Positions 26,934-39,269 of a stretch of 64,000 nucleotides of DNA are shown piece after piece. The stretch comes from Gemmatimonadales bacterium. Lineage in GTDB: Bacteria; Gemmatimonadota; Gemmatimonadetes; Gemmatimonadales; GWC2-71-9. The stretch covers positions 54,675-118,674 of the forward strand of contig JANRJE010000006.1 in NCBI GenBank assembly GCA_033764135.1, written 5' to 3'. Position 1 is the first letter of the stretch. Each line of letters starts with the position of its first letter. The notes beneath the pieces are model-generated. The model saw only the letters and a program-made list of their open reading frames with translations, had not been told where the DNA came from and searched no databases. The position numbers and the translations under genes are program-made.

Positions 26934-27658
26934 TGCTGCCGCCGGGGATGGTGGCGCTGACCACGGCACAGATGATCGAGGTCGACCGGGCGATGGTCGA
27001 TGACTTTCACATCGAGCTGATCCAGATGATGGAGAATGCCGGCCGTCATCTGGCCGACCTGGCACGATCACGCTTTCTCGATGGCGACCCGCGCGGCAGG
27101 GAGGTTGTGGTCCTGGCCGGGACCGGTGGCAATGGCGGTGGCGCTCTCGTCGCCGCGCGGCGACTGCATTGCTGGGGTGCCAATGTCCGCGTGGTGGTCA
27201 CCGCCAGTGACCAGAAGTTCACGCCGGTCCCCGCCCAACAGCTCGATATCGTCAACCGGATGGGGATCCCGGTGGCTCGCCACCACTCGCTCGCCGGGAT
27301 GACTGCCGACCTGATCCTCGATGGAGTGATCGGCTACAGCATCAACGGCGCTCCCCGCGGCGAGGCGGCGGAGTTGATCCGCTGGAGCCGCGAACAGTCG
27401 GCGCCGGTCTTGTCGCTCGATGTCCCCTCCGGCTTCGAGCCGGACAGCGGAGTGAGCCATGATCCTGCTGTTCGTGCGACGGCCACCCTGACGCTGGCCC
27501 TCCCCAAGGTCGGACTGCTGGCGCCGGAGGCAGCCGATCATGTCGGCGAGCTGTATCTGGCGGATATCGGCGTACCGGCGTCGCTGTATGCGGGACCCGG
27601 ACTCAACCTTGCGATTGAGCCGATCTTCGCCCGGTCGGAGATCATCCGGATTGCCTGA
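26930..27658 (+). CDS. NAD(P)H-hydrate epimerase (YjeF N-terminal domain)
   Basis: 'LIQMMENAGR...VVVLAGTGGNGGGALVAARRL'. ATGA overlap with the upstream gene. Confidence 0.8.
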   Translation: MMLPPGMVALTTAQMIEVDRAMVDDFHIELIQMMENAGRHLADLARSRFLDGDPRGREVVVLAGTGGNGGGALVAARRLHCWGANVRVVVTASDQKFTPVPAQQLDIVNRMGIPVARHHSLAGMTADLILDGVIGYSINGAPRGEAAELIRWSREQSAPVLSLDVPSGFEPDSGVSHDPAVRATATLTLALPKVGLLAPEAADHVGELYLADIGVPASLYAGPGLNLAIEPIFARSEIIRIA

Positions 27659-27834
27659 GATGGTGGCCCCTTGTTGGCCGGGAACTTCCCGTCATCCGCG
27701 GGAGTTTGGTGAGCGTGTGGTCGGTCGTCCCAGGACAAGATGTGTCAGCAACAGGTGGGAACCACCGCAGCACCGGCAGTAGCGGCCGAGCCGTCGCGAG
27801 CGATTCGCGATTGCCCGACCGGTTCATTACTCAA

Positions 27835-30603
27835 ATGGAGCACTCGATGTCACGTCTGCACGAATTGTCCCGCCTTGGCCAGAGCGTCTGGTTCGACAAC
27901 ATCCGCCGCGCCCTGCTCACCTCGGGCGAGCTGGAGGAGTTGCTCGATGCCGGTGTCATGGGCGTCACCTCCAACCCGTCGATTTTCGAGAAGGCAATCG
28001 CCGGCAGCGCCGACTACGACTCCTCCATCAAATCGCTGAGTGCTCGCGGACTCACGGCCCCGGCCATAGCGGAGGCGCTCGCGGTCGAGGACATCCAGCG
28101 GGCGGCCGACCTGCTGAGACCGATCTTCGACCGGACCGGTGGCGTCGATGGCCATGTCAGTCTCGAGGTCGACCCGACCCTGGCGCACGATGCCGACGGC
28201 ACCATCGCCGCGGCACTCCGCCTCCGCGAGGCCGTGGCGCGCGCAAACGTCATGATCAAGGTGCCGGGCACTCCGGCAGGGATCACCGCCATCGAGGCGC
28301 TGACGGCCAAAGGGGTGAGCATCAACGTCACCCTGATCTTCGACCTCGCCTGCTACGAGGCGGTGGGAGGCGCCTATCTCCGTGGCCTGGAACAGTTCGT
28401 TGTCGGGGGGGGGGATCCCTCCACCGTCGCCTCGGTGGCATCGTACTTCATCAGCCGGATCGACACCGCTGTCGATGCCGCGCTTGCCGACCGCGGCGAC
28501 ACCACCCTGCAGGGCACCATCGCGGTCGCCAGTGCCAAGCTGGCCTACCGCCGCTATCGGCAACTCTTTGCCGGCGAGCGCTGGACCGCCCTCGCGGCCA
28601 AGGGCGCCCGGCCGCAGCGGCTGTTGTGGGCGAGCACCGGCACCAAGAACCCCGCCTACGCCGACACCAAGTACGTCGACGAGCTGATCGGCCCGGACAC
28701 CGTCAACACCGTCCCGCCCGCCACCCTGACTGCTGTCCTCGATCACGCCAAGCCGGCCATTACCCTGACAGAGGGAGTGGCAGACGCCGACACTGCCGTC
28801 GACCGGCTGGCCGACCTGGGAATTGATTTCGGTGCAATCACCAGGCAGTTGCAGGTCGACGCGGTGGCCGGTTTCACCGCATCGTTCGAGGCGCTCAACG
28901 CCAGCATTGCCGACAAGCTGAAGCGACTCGCCTCCACCAACGCCCGGGCCACCTTCATTCTGGGCAGTCACGCTGCCCCGGTGGAAGCCGCCGTCCACGA
29001 GCTCCGCAGTCAGCAGATCATGAAGCGGATATGGCGCCATGACTATACCGTATGGCGCTCCACTCCGACCGAGATCGTCAACCGGCTTGGCTGGCTTCAC
29101 TCATCCGAAGCGATGATCGGCCAGGTCAACGCCATCCAGTCTCTCGTGACCGATGTCTGGGAGGCCGGCTATCGGCAGGTGGTGCTCTTCGGGATGGGTG
29201 GCTCCAGCATGGCAGCGGAGGTGTTCGAGAAGAGCTTCGGACCGCTGGCCGATCCTGGCAGGCCAAGGTTGCCGCTCACCATCATCGACACCACCGACCC
29301 CGACGCGATGCGCGAGCGCACTCAGGACCTCGATCTCGCCGCCACCCTGGTGATCGTGGCGACCAAATCGGGCAACACCGTCGAGACGCTGTCGGGCTTC
29401 AAGTACCTCCATGCCCGCATTGCCGCGGCGGTCGGAGCCGACGCCGCTGGCCAGCACTTCATCGCCATCACCGATCCGGGCAGCAGCCTGGCGGCACTGG
29501 CGACAACGCATCGCTTCCGGCGCACCTTCCTCAACGACCCCAACATCGGCGGGCGCTACGCCGCGCTGTCGTACTTCGGTCTGGTGCCGGCGGCACTCGC
29601 CGGCGTCGATATCTCCCGGCTGCTGCATCAATCACTCACCGTTTCCTGCAACTCCGAGAGCGCCAACTGTCCCGCCGAGGGCGACAATCTCGCCGCGCGA
29701 CTCGGGGTGACCATCGGCGAGCTCGCCAAGACCGGTCGCGACAAGCTGACCTTCGTGATCTCTCCGGCAATCGCGAGCTTCGGCGACTGGGTCGAGCAGC
29801 TCATCGCCGAGAGCACCGGCAAGGAAGGTCACGGCATCGTCCCCGTTGTGGGCGAGCAACTCGGTGCACCGACGGTGTACGGCAAGGATCGCGTCTTTGT
29901 CCACCTGGCCCTCCGCGATGATCACGCCGACGTGGCGGCGCTCGATCAGCTGCGCGATGCCGGTCACCCGGTCATCACCATCCGGGTCAATGACGCCTAT
30001 GACCTCGGCGGCCAGTTCTTCCTCTGGGAGATGGCCACCGCGGTGGCCGCGTCCCGCATGCAGATCCACCCGTTCGATCAACCCGACGTCGAGGCCGCCA
30101 AGACGCTGGCGCGCACCATGGTCTCGGCCTATTTCCTGACCGGCTCGCTCCCCAGCGGTACCACGGCGCAGCCGTCGGCGGCGGCGCTCGATCAATTCCT
30201 GAGCAAGGCGGGGCCCGGTTCCTATATTGCCATCCAGGCCTACATCAATCCGACCGCGGAGAGTGACCGGGTGCTGGACCGGTTGCGGCTCCACATCCGG
30301 AACGCCACCGGCTGTGCGACCACCCTCGGCTACGGCCCGCGCTACCTTCACTCTACCGGGCAGTTGCACAAGGGTGACGGTGGCCGCGGATTGTTCATCC
30401 AGTTGCTCTCCGAGCCTGAGGCCGATTTGGCGATTCCCGACGAGGCCTCCGGCAGCAGCTCGACCATGACCTTCGGCATCCTCAAGGCGGCCCAGGCGCT
30501 GGGCGACGCGCAGGCACTTGAGGCAGTCGGTCGCAAGGTGGTGCGCTTTGACCTGGGTCGCGACGCGATTGCCGGAATAACGGCGCTGACCGGCCAAGGT
30601 TGA
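27835..30603 (+). CDS. tal-pgi: Bifunctional transaldolase / glucose-6-phosphate isomerase
   Basis: N-terminal transaldolase ('GQSVWFDNIRR', 'GVTSNPSIFEKA', 'MIKVPGT') is fused to a PGI domain ('GMGGSS', 'TKSGNTVET'). Start is 27835 or 27847. Confidence 0.9.
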   Translation: MEHSMSRLHELSRLGQSVWFDNIRRALLTSGELEELLDAGVMGVTSNPSIFEKAIAGSADYDSSIKSLSARGLTAPAIAEALAVEDIQRAADLLRPIFDRTGGVDGHVSLEVDPTLAHDADGTIAAALRLREAVARANVMIKVPGTPAGITAIEALTAKGVSINVTLIFDLACYEAVGGAYLRGLEQFVVGGGDPSTVASVASYFISRIDTAVDAALADRGDTTLQGTIAVASAKLAYRRYRQLFAGERWTALAAKGARPQRLLWASTGTKNPAYADTKYVDELIGPDTVNTVPPATLTAVLDHAKPAITLTEGVADADTAVDRLADLGIDFGAITRQLQVDAVAGFTASFEALNASIADKLKRLASTNARATFILGSHAAPVEAAVHELRSQQIMKRIWRHDYTVWRSTPTEIVNRLGWLHSSEAMIGQVNAIQSLVTDVWEAGYRQVVLFGMGGSSMAAEVFEKSFGPLADPGRPRLPLTIIDTTDPDAMRERTQDLDLAATLVIVATKSGNTVETLSGFKYLHARIAAAVGADAAGQHFIAITDPGSSLAALATTHRFRRTFLNDPNIGGRYAALSYFGLVPAALAGVDISRLLHQSLTVSCNSESANCPAEGDNLAARLGVTIGELAKTGRDKLTFVISPAIASFGDWVEQLIAESTGKEGHGIVPVVGEQLGAPTVYGKDRVFVHLALRDDHADVAALDQLRDAGHPVITIRVNDAYDLGGQFFLWEMATAVAASRMQIHPFDQPDVEAAKTLARTMVSAYFLTGSLPSGTTAQPSAAALDQFLSKAGPGSYIAIQAYINPTAESDRVLDRLRLHIRNATGCATTLGYGPRYLHSTGQLHKGDGGRGLFIQLLSEPEADLAIPDEASGSSSTMTFGILKAAQALGDAQALEAVGRKVVRFDLGRDAIAGITALTGQG

Positions 30604-30685
30604 TGGCCGGAAGCGGCAACGATGACGATATTTCAAATTGCGGCCTGAATGGTCGCCTGATGCAGCAACTCAAAGGAGCGGCACG

Positions 30686-31608
<923 letters not shown>

Positions 31609-31609
<1 letters not shown>

Positions 31610-33066
31610 TGACTGCCGCGTCCACCGCCACGACCCTGGTGATCTTCGGCGCGTCCGGAGATCTCACCAAGCGCAAGCTGGGTCCGTCGCTGTACCGGTT
31701 GCACGTCAAGGGACTGCTGCCGCCGGACACCCGCATCATGGGGTTCGCCCGCACCGAATGGGACGATGCCGCCTTCCGGCGCCAAGTCCGCGAGGGGGTC
31801 GAGCAATTCGGCCATGACTTCCAGGAGGAGGCATGGGACGGCTTCGCGGCGCGGCTCTTCTACCGTGCTGGTGATCTGACCTCCGCCGACGATTTCGTGG
31901 CGTTGCGATCCGCCCTCGATGCTCTCGATGGCGGCACCACCAACCGGCTGCACTACCTGGCGATCTCCCCGGCCTTTTTCAGCACCACCATCGCCAACCT
32001 CGGCAGCTCCGGAATGGCCGACACTGCTGGAGAGGCGACCGGCCGGCGTGACGTGGTGATCGAGAAGCCGTTCGGGCGCGACGCCGCCTCGGCCGAGGCG
32101 CTCAATGCCGTGGTGCACTCGGTCTTCGCGGAGCATCAGGTGTTCCGCATCGACCACTACCTCGGCAAGGAGACGGCGCAGAACATTCTCTATTTCCGTT
32201 TCGCCAACGCCATCTTCGATCCGCTGCTCAACCGCAATTTCGTCGACAATGTCCAGATTTCGGTGGCCGAGAATGTCGACGTGGGCCATCGGGGGGACTA
32301 CTACGATCAGGCCGGTGTCTGGCGCGACATGTTCCAGAACCACCTGATGCAGTTGATGACGCTGATCGCCATGGAGGCACCGGCGCCGTTCGATGCCACC
32401 CAGTTGCGCAACGAGAAGGTCAAGGTCCTCGCGGCCGCCAAGCCGATCGCCATCGAGGATACCGCCTGCGGACAGTACGATGGCTTCTGTTCCGCCCCCG
32501 GCGTAGCCAAGGGATCGCGCACCCCGACCTACGCGGCGATGCGCGTCTTCATCGACAACTGGCGCTGGGCGGGTGTGCCGTTCTATCTCCGCTCGGGGAA
32601 GGCGCTCGCCGCCAAGTCCTCCGAGATCAGCATCGAGTTCAAGCGGCCGCCGTTCCAGATGTTCGGCGCCTTTCAGACGCCGACTCCCAACGTGCTGTCG
32701 ATCTGCGTCCAGCCCGACGAGGGGATGCACCTGAGCTTCGACGCCAAGGTCCCAGACCAGCTCGCCGAGGTTGCCTCGGTGGATCTGGAGTTCCACTACC
32801 GCACCTCATTTCCCGGTGTGGTCGTGGGCGATGCTTATGAGCGGCTGTTGCTCGACGCGATGAACGGCGATGCCTCCCTCTTTGCCCGGAGCGACGAAAT
32901 TGCCGGTGCCTGGAAGTTGCTCGATCCGGTCATCGATGCCTGGGAAGGGAAGGCCGGCCCGCGCCTGGGGCACTACGCGCCGGGATCGTGGGGACCGGCC
33001 GAGGGAACGGAACTGTTGTCACGTGATGGCCGGGCGTGGCGGATCGGATGTGGCAAGCATGAATGA
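31609..33066 (+). CDS. zwf: Glucose-6-phosphate 1-dehydrogenase
   Basis: '[15 protein letters not shown]' and 'RIDHYLGKE' signatures. Start overlaps the gnd stop. Confidence 0.95.
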
Positions 33067-33781
33067 CAGCTCCGGAACCCCGGCCGCCGAGTCGGTACTG
33101 GTGGTCGATATCGGTGGCACCCGGCTCAAGATGCTGGTGACCGGCGAGACCGAACGCCGAGTGGTGGAATCCGGCCCCGAGATGACCGCTACCCAGGCGG
33201 TGCAGGCGATTCGCGACCTCGCCGAGGGGTGGCACTACGACTCGATGGTGATCGGCTATCCCGGACCGGTGGCCGACAACATACCGACCGGCAACCCCCG
33301 CAATCTCGGCCCGGGGTGGCAGGGATTCGACTTTGCGGCCGCCTTTCCCTGTCCGGTTACCGTGGTCAACGATGCCTTGCTTCAGGCCATCGGCAGCTAC
33401 GACGGCGGCCGGATGCTCTTCATGGGGCTCGGCACCGGTCTCGGCACGGCGCTGGTGATCGACGATCTGGCGCATCCGCTCGAACTGGCCCACCTCCCCT
33501 ACCGCAAGGGACGCACCTTCGAGGAATACCTCGGCGTTGAGGGACTCGAAAGAATGGGCGAGGAAAAGTGGCGCCGCCGGGTGGACGACGTGGTGCAGCG
33601 ATTCCGCGCCGCTCTGCTGGTGGATTATGTCGTGATTGGGGGGGGGAACGTCAAGAAGCTCGAAGAGCTCCCCGAGGGCGCCCGGCGAGGCGGCAACGAT
33701 CGGGCCTTCCTGGGCGGCTTCCGCCTGGCTGCCCCCGGCGGGATTCATCTCTGTTCGTCGCGCGACACCGGCTGCGCGTAA
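33059..33781 (+). CDS. ROK-family sugar kinase (glucokinase/polyphosphate glucokinase-like)
   Basis: '[12 protein letters not shown]' ATPase motif and '[11 protein letters not shown]'. Overlaps the zwf end by 8 nt. Confidence 0.7.
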   Translation: MNDSSGTPAAESVLVVDIGGTRLKMLVTGETERRVVESGPEMTATQAVQAIRDLAEGWHYDSMVIGYPGPVADNIPTGNPRNLGPGWQGFDFAAAFPCPVTVVNDALLQAIGSYDGGRMLFMGLGTGLGTALVIDDLAHPLELAHLPYRKGRTFEEYLGVEGLERMGEEKWRRRVDDVVQRFRAALLVDYVVIGGGNVKKLEELPEGARRGGNDRAFLGGFRLAAPGGIHLCSSRDTGCA

Positions 33782-33788
33782 CCCGCTG

Positions 33789-34535
33789 TCAGCCGTTGGT
33801 CGCGCCGCCGGCCGCAGCTGCATCGAGAAACCACACCACGCTCCCCGTTGGTCGCACCCGACCGGCGGGGAGTTCGTGTTTTGGCGACGGCGAGGTCAGC
33901 GCACTCCTTACCGTTGCACGCTTCCCTGCCCCGGTCACCAGAAAGAATACAGTCCGGGCCAACGCAATCACTGGCAGAGTGAGGGTGATCCGCTCGGACG
34001 GATCGTATCCGGCCGGTGCCGTGACCGGCACCACCCAGCGGGTCGCTTCATCGAGCGCGCCCGACCCCGCGAAGAGCGACGCTGTATGGCCATCGCTGCC
34101 CATCCCCAGCAGCACCAAATCAAAGGTGGCCTCGGCGCTCCCGAACTGCTGACGCAGGCGCGCCTCATACGCCTCGGCCGCGGCAGCGATCGGGCGGCGC
34201 TCTCCCTCCATCCGGTCGACTGCCGTGCTGGCAATGCCGAGTGGCTCGAGCAACTCGCGATGGGCGATCAGAAAGTTGCTGTGCGGCGAGTCGGGGGCGA
34301 CGCACCGTTCGTCGCCGAAAAAAAAATGGACCCGGTCCCAGGGCGCTGCGGTCGCTCCCAGGGCTGCGAGTCGCTGATACAACAGCGCCGGCGTGGTGCC
34401 ACCAGACAGCGCGATGGTGGCGTGACCTCGCTCCGCCACCGCGTCACGGATGGTCGCCAGCACCGCGTCGGCCGCTATCTGTGCGACTGCCTCGGGATTC
34501 TCCGCGACGCGCACTGCCGGTGCCGCACCTCTCAT
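33789..34535 (-). CDS. pgl: 6-phosphogluconolactonase
   Basis: 'IALSGGTTP', 'FFFGDERCVAPDSPHSNF' and 'DLVLLGMGSDGHTASLF'. Confidence 0.85.
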   Translation of the reverse strand: MRGAAPAVRVAENPEAVAQIAADAVLATIRDAVAERGHATIALSGGTTPALLYQRLAALGATAAPWDRVHFFFGDERCVAPDSPHSNFLIAHRELLEPLGIASTAVDRMEGERRPIAAAAEAYEARLRQQFGSAEATFDLVLLGMGSDGHTASLFAGSGALDEATRWVVPVTAPAGYDPSERITLTLPVIALARTVFFLVTGAGKRATVRSALTSPSPKHELPAGRVRPTGSVVWFLDAAAAGGATNG

Positions 34536-34678
34536 GGCCAAGTTGTCCGCGTCGCGGTGCTCAGAATCTGACCAACCTGCATGCTCCACCTCATCGTCGT
34601 CGAACTCCCCGATTCCTTCACGACTCCAGTGGAGTGTACCATCCAGGACCGCGCCTGAACAGTCCGGGCATCAATGTG

Positions 34679-36342
<1,664 letters not shown>

Positions 36343-36432
36343 TGCGGAGAGCTCCGGTCAGAGTGAGTGGTCGGGACACCGCCAGCGCCATCGGGTCAGG
36401 CGTTCACTTTCCCGAGGCGTGGCGCACGACTA

Positions 36433-36463
36433 ACCTTAGTCCTGTACCTTGGTACGGAGTCAA
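36433..36463 (-). promoter_or_regulatory. mer promoter/operator (PmerT-type): -35 TTGACT, 19-bp spacer containing the MerR dyad, -10 TAAGGT
   Basis: The minus strand reads TTGACTccgtaccaaggtacaggacTAAGGT. The Tn21 merOP, recalled from memory, is TTGACTccgtacatgagtacggaagTAAGGT. Confidence 0.75.
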
Positions 36464-36466
36464 GAG

Positions 36467-36889
36467 ATGAGTTCAGCATCACCGGACGGCCTCACCATCG
36501 GGGCATTGGCCTCGACTGCCGGGGTGGGGGTCGAGACGGTCCGCTTTTATCAGCGGCGCGGCTTGTTGCGCCAACCTGACCGGGCTTGGGGGCGGGTTCG
36601 GCGGTACAGCGGGGCCGACGCGGCGCGGATCCGCTTCATCAAGTCGGCGCAGCGGATGGGGTTCAGTCTGGTCGAGGTGGCGGGACTGCTGGAGCTGGAC
36701 AATGGCCGGCATTGTGATGAGGCGCGGGTGGCTGCCGAGCGGAAGCTGTCGTTGGTGCGGGCCAAGCTGGCCGATCTGGAGCGGGTCGAGGCCGCCCTGG
36801 TCACCCTGGTGGAAGCCTGCGACGCCGCGTCGGGCGAGGTCCGCTGTCCTTTGATCGATGCCTTGCAGCACGACGACGTAGTCCAATGA
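36467..36889 (+). CDS. merR: Hg(II)-responsive transcriptional regulator MerR
   Basis: 'LTIGALASTAGVGVETVRFYQRRGLL' HTH. Three metal-binding Cys are in canonical positions ('GRHCDEA', 'EACDAASGEVRCPLI'). Confidence 0.9.
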   Translation: MSSASPDGLTIGALASTAGVGVETVRFYQRRGLLRQPDRAWGRVRRYSGADAARIRFIKSAQRMGFSLVEVAGLLELDNGRHCDEARVAAERKLSLVRAKLADLERVEAALVTLVEACDAASGEVRCPLIDALQHDDVVQ

Positions 36890-36928
36890 GTACCGCATCT
36901 GACACCAATCATGCCGAGGAGGCCTACG

Positions 36929-37450
36929 ATGTCCGCCAGTGAAACCGAGCCGTGGTTGCGCGGACCGATTGAGGGGATTCCCGCTCTGCTCCTTCCGGCC
37001 GCGCACGCCTTCCAGATGGCGTGGGAGGATGTCGAGCGGGCGGTGATCGGGCTCACCCACAAACAGGTATGGCACCGCGTCGAGGGTATCCCACCGCTCG
37101 GCTTCCACTTGGCGCACCTCTCCGGCAGCACCGACCGGTTGCTGAGTTATGCGCGGGGCGAGGCGCTCACCCCGGCGCAGCGCGAGGTGCTGCTCAGCGA
37201 GCGCACGTTGATGGACACTCGACCGGCGTTGAGCGTGATGCTTGAGCGGTGGCGGTCGACGGTTCAAGTGGCCCAGGTACAGCTCGCCGCGACTGATGAG
37301 GCGACGCTGTTGGAGCCGCGTCTGGTTGGTCGGCGCGAGCTGCCATCGACGGTTTTGGGGTTGATCTTCCACGCGGCCGAACACGCAGCCCGGCACACGG
37401 GCCAGGTGGTGACGACGGCGGCGGTGGTGAGGGGGGTGGGGGGGAGGTAG
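36929..37450 (+). CDS. DinB-family (DinB/YfiT-like four-helix-bundle) protein
   Basis: 'WHRVEGIPPLGFHLAHLSGSTDRLL...HAAEHAARHTGQVV' His triad pattern. Confidence 0.7.
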   Translation: MSASETEPWLRGPIEGIPALLLPAAHAFQMAWEDVERAVIGLTHKQVWHRVEGIPPLGFHLAHLSGSTDRLLSYARGEALTPAQREVLLSERTLMDTRPALSVMLERWRSTVQVAQVQLAATDEATLLEPRLVGRRELPSTVLGLIFHAAEHAARHTGQVVTTAAVVRGVGGR

Positions 37451-37489
37451 GGGTGGGGGGGTAGAGTCGTGGGGATGGTTCGGGGGGGG
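37431..37489 (+). repeat. G-run tract (G6, G7, G4, G7, G4, G8 within about 60 nt), G-quadruplex-prone
   Basis: ggggggtgggggggaggtaggggtgggggggtagagtcgtggggatggttcgggggggg. It overlaps the DinB stop codon and sits at the GC-content drop. Confidence 0.8.
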
Positions 37490-37603
37490 TCCGGGTTTGC
37501 CGTGCTCCGGGATTAGGTTGCGGGTGGATGGTTTTGGTGCAGTATAATTGAAACGAAAAGTAGTTAGGTAGCGAGCACCGAAGCCTGAAAGGACCCGAGC
37601 GAG

Positions 37604-38476
37604 ATGCAAATTTTGGACGAGACAGTAAAGACCGCCGTCACAGACCGTCTTCAAAAGGTCGAGGAACACTTCGAAGGAGATGTGGCGTTTTTCTATGGGT
37701 CGATCGATATCTCAGTCATGCGCGTCTTTCGAGACTTCGTTGAACGAATGGCGGCTTCCAAGTCCCCGGATCGAAACAGACTCATCTTCTTTCTCAACAC
37801 CCCTGGTGGTAGCGCTGAGATCGCCGAGAAGATGGTCGAAATCGTGCGGCATCACTACGCCGAGATATACTTCGTCATCCCGGATGTCGCGTTCTCTGCT
37901 GGCACGATCCTTTGCATGGCTGGGGACCGGATCTACATGGACTATTCCTCGGCTTTGGGGCCGATCGACCCTCAGGTCTGGAACGGGAAGGAGTGGGTTC
38001 CGGCACTCGGCTACCTTGACAAAGTAGAAGGACTGCTGAAGAAGGCTTCCGACGGGACCCTCACGAATGCAGAGTTTCTGATCCTTCAGAATCAGGATCT
38101 CGCTCTGCTCGCGCGCTATGAGCAGGCACGCGATCTAACGGTTACGCTGCTGAAGAAATGGCTGGTAGAATTCAAGTTCAGAAACTGGGAGACGCACCGG
38201 AGCGATCCTGTGAAGATGGGGCACACTGTGACCGATGACGAGAAGCAGGAGCGCGCGGAACAGATCGCACGCATGCTTGGGGACAACAAGCTATGGCACT
38301 CGCACGGCAGGATGATCGGTCCTAGAACGCTGACCCAAATTCTCCGACTGGAGATCAACGACTACTCTACCGATCAGGCGCTACGGCCGTTGATTCGGTC
38401 CTACAACGATCTCTTAACCGATTACATCGCGCGCGGCGGTTTCAACTTATTCATGCATAATCGCGACTTTTTCTGA
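37604..38476 (+). CDS. Clp-fold serine protease of the SDH ('serine dehydrogenase proteinase', SppA/ClpP-like) family
   Basis: 'FFLNTPGGSAEIAEKMV', 'VIPDVAFSAGTILCMAGD' (nucleophile Ser) and 'LGPIDPQV'. Lower-GC codon usage. Confidence 0.7.
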   Translation: MQILDETVKTAVTDRLQKVEEHFEGDVAFFYGSIDISVMRVFRDFVERMAASKSPDRNRLIFFLNTPGGSAEIAEKMVEIVRHHYAEIYFVIPDVAFSAGTILCMAGDRIYMDYSSALGPIDPQVWNGKEWVPALGYLDKVEGLLKKASDGTLTNAEFLILQNQDLALLARYEQARDLTVTLLKKWLVEFKFRNWETHRSDPVKMGHTVTDDEKQERAEQIARMLGDNKLWHSHGRMIGPRTLTQILRLEINDYSTDQALRPLIRSYNDLLTDYIARGGFNLFMHNRDFF

Positions 38477-38488
38477 GAAGGAGGAGTG

Positions 38489-38698
38489 ATGCCAGTTGTT
38501 GAGGATCTGAAGAAAGCGTTCGGCACGTTTCCTGCGGTTACGCCAGATCCAGCAGAGTTGGCGCGCCTGCAGCAGTTTTTCGCCGCGATGAAGACGGCAG
38601 GCATCGCGAAGACGCGCGAGTACGATCTTCCCCAGCCGGATACCATCGGGCGCGCTGCGGTGAACCTGCCCCTCCGCGGCCACCTAACTCGCCGATGA
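38489..38698 (+). CDS. Small hypothetical protein (69 aa) coupled to the protease gene
   Basis: Strong SD GAAGGAGGAG, with the ATG 12 nt after the protease stop. No recognisable domain. Confidence 0.5.
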   Translation: MPVVEDLKKAFGTFPAVTPDPAELARLQQFFAAMKTAGIAKTREYDLPQPDTIGRAAVNLPLRGHLTRR

Positions 38699-39080
38699 TG
38701 CTGGCGGTATCCTTTCACGGCCGCAGCTCATCGGCGCGCCGTTGGGTGGCGATAGACCGGGAGAGCCTATATGGTCCAGATAAACGCAGAGTGGACGTTG
38801 AGGAGTGCAAAGTTTTTGAGTCCGCCTTGTTGGTCCGGCCAGGGCGGTGGACTTATCCAAACGCCAACCCATTCGTACAACCCAGCGAGCAATCAACTTC
38901 GCAACCGGAGGACGGGGGTCGTGGCCGTAGTGGTTGTGGCTCCCACCACCATGAATGCCACTTCCCTCCAAACCGGAGCAGACGTCGATGCCCTGGTTGC
39001 GGCGGTAAATGCTACCGGTCTAAGTATTTGACGAGCAATGGCATCGATTTGGTTGCTCGGAGCTGATCAAAGGAGATTCT

Positions 39081-39269
39081 ATGACTGTGTCAACTGGTTC
39101 GTGCGCACCTACTGGAATACCCCGCAAGAAGCATGGGGAGTCGTTCTCGGACTATTGGCGTCGGCTGACTGACGATGAAATCGCGGGTATTATTCGCGTA
39201 TCGAGATTCATCAACATCACGCCACAGTCACTGTTCAAGGACTTTGCGAGGTTTGTAGACGAAACATAA
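39081..39269 (+). CDS. Small hypothetical protein (62 aa)
   Basis: AAAGGAG RBS 6 nt upstream of the ATG. No recognisable domain. Confidence 0.35.
   Translation: MTVSTGSCAPTGIPRKKHGESFSDYWRRLTDDEIAGIIRVSRFINITPQSLFKDFARFVDET

Noticed and set aside
37518-37548. TATAAT hexamer (37543-37548) with TTGCGG 19 nt upstream, ahead of the protease gene. I considered a sigma-70 promoter.
   Set aside because: The -35 box is poor and the spacing non-optimal. Promoter consensus for this (unknown) host is uncertain. It is left unannotated.
38695-39066. Overlapping ORFs 38695-39066 (+), 38771-39031 (+) and 38684-38971 (-) in the island gap.
   Set aside because: They are mutually exclusive. None has a convincing RBS, motif or sensible composition (His/Arg/Gly-rich runs). 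I treated them as non-coding or decayed DNA (see the finding on 38699-39742).
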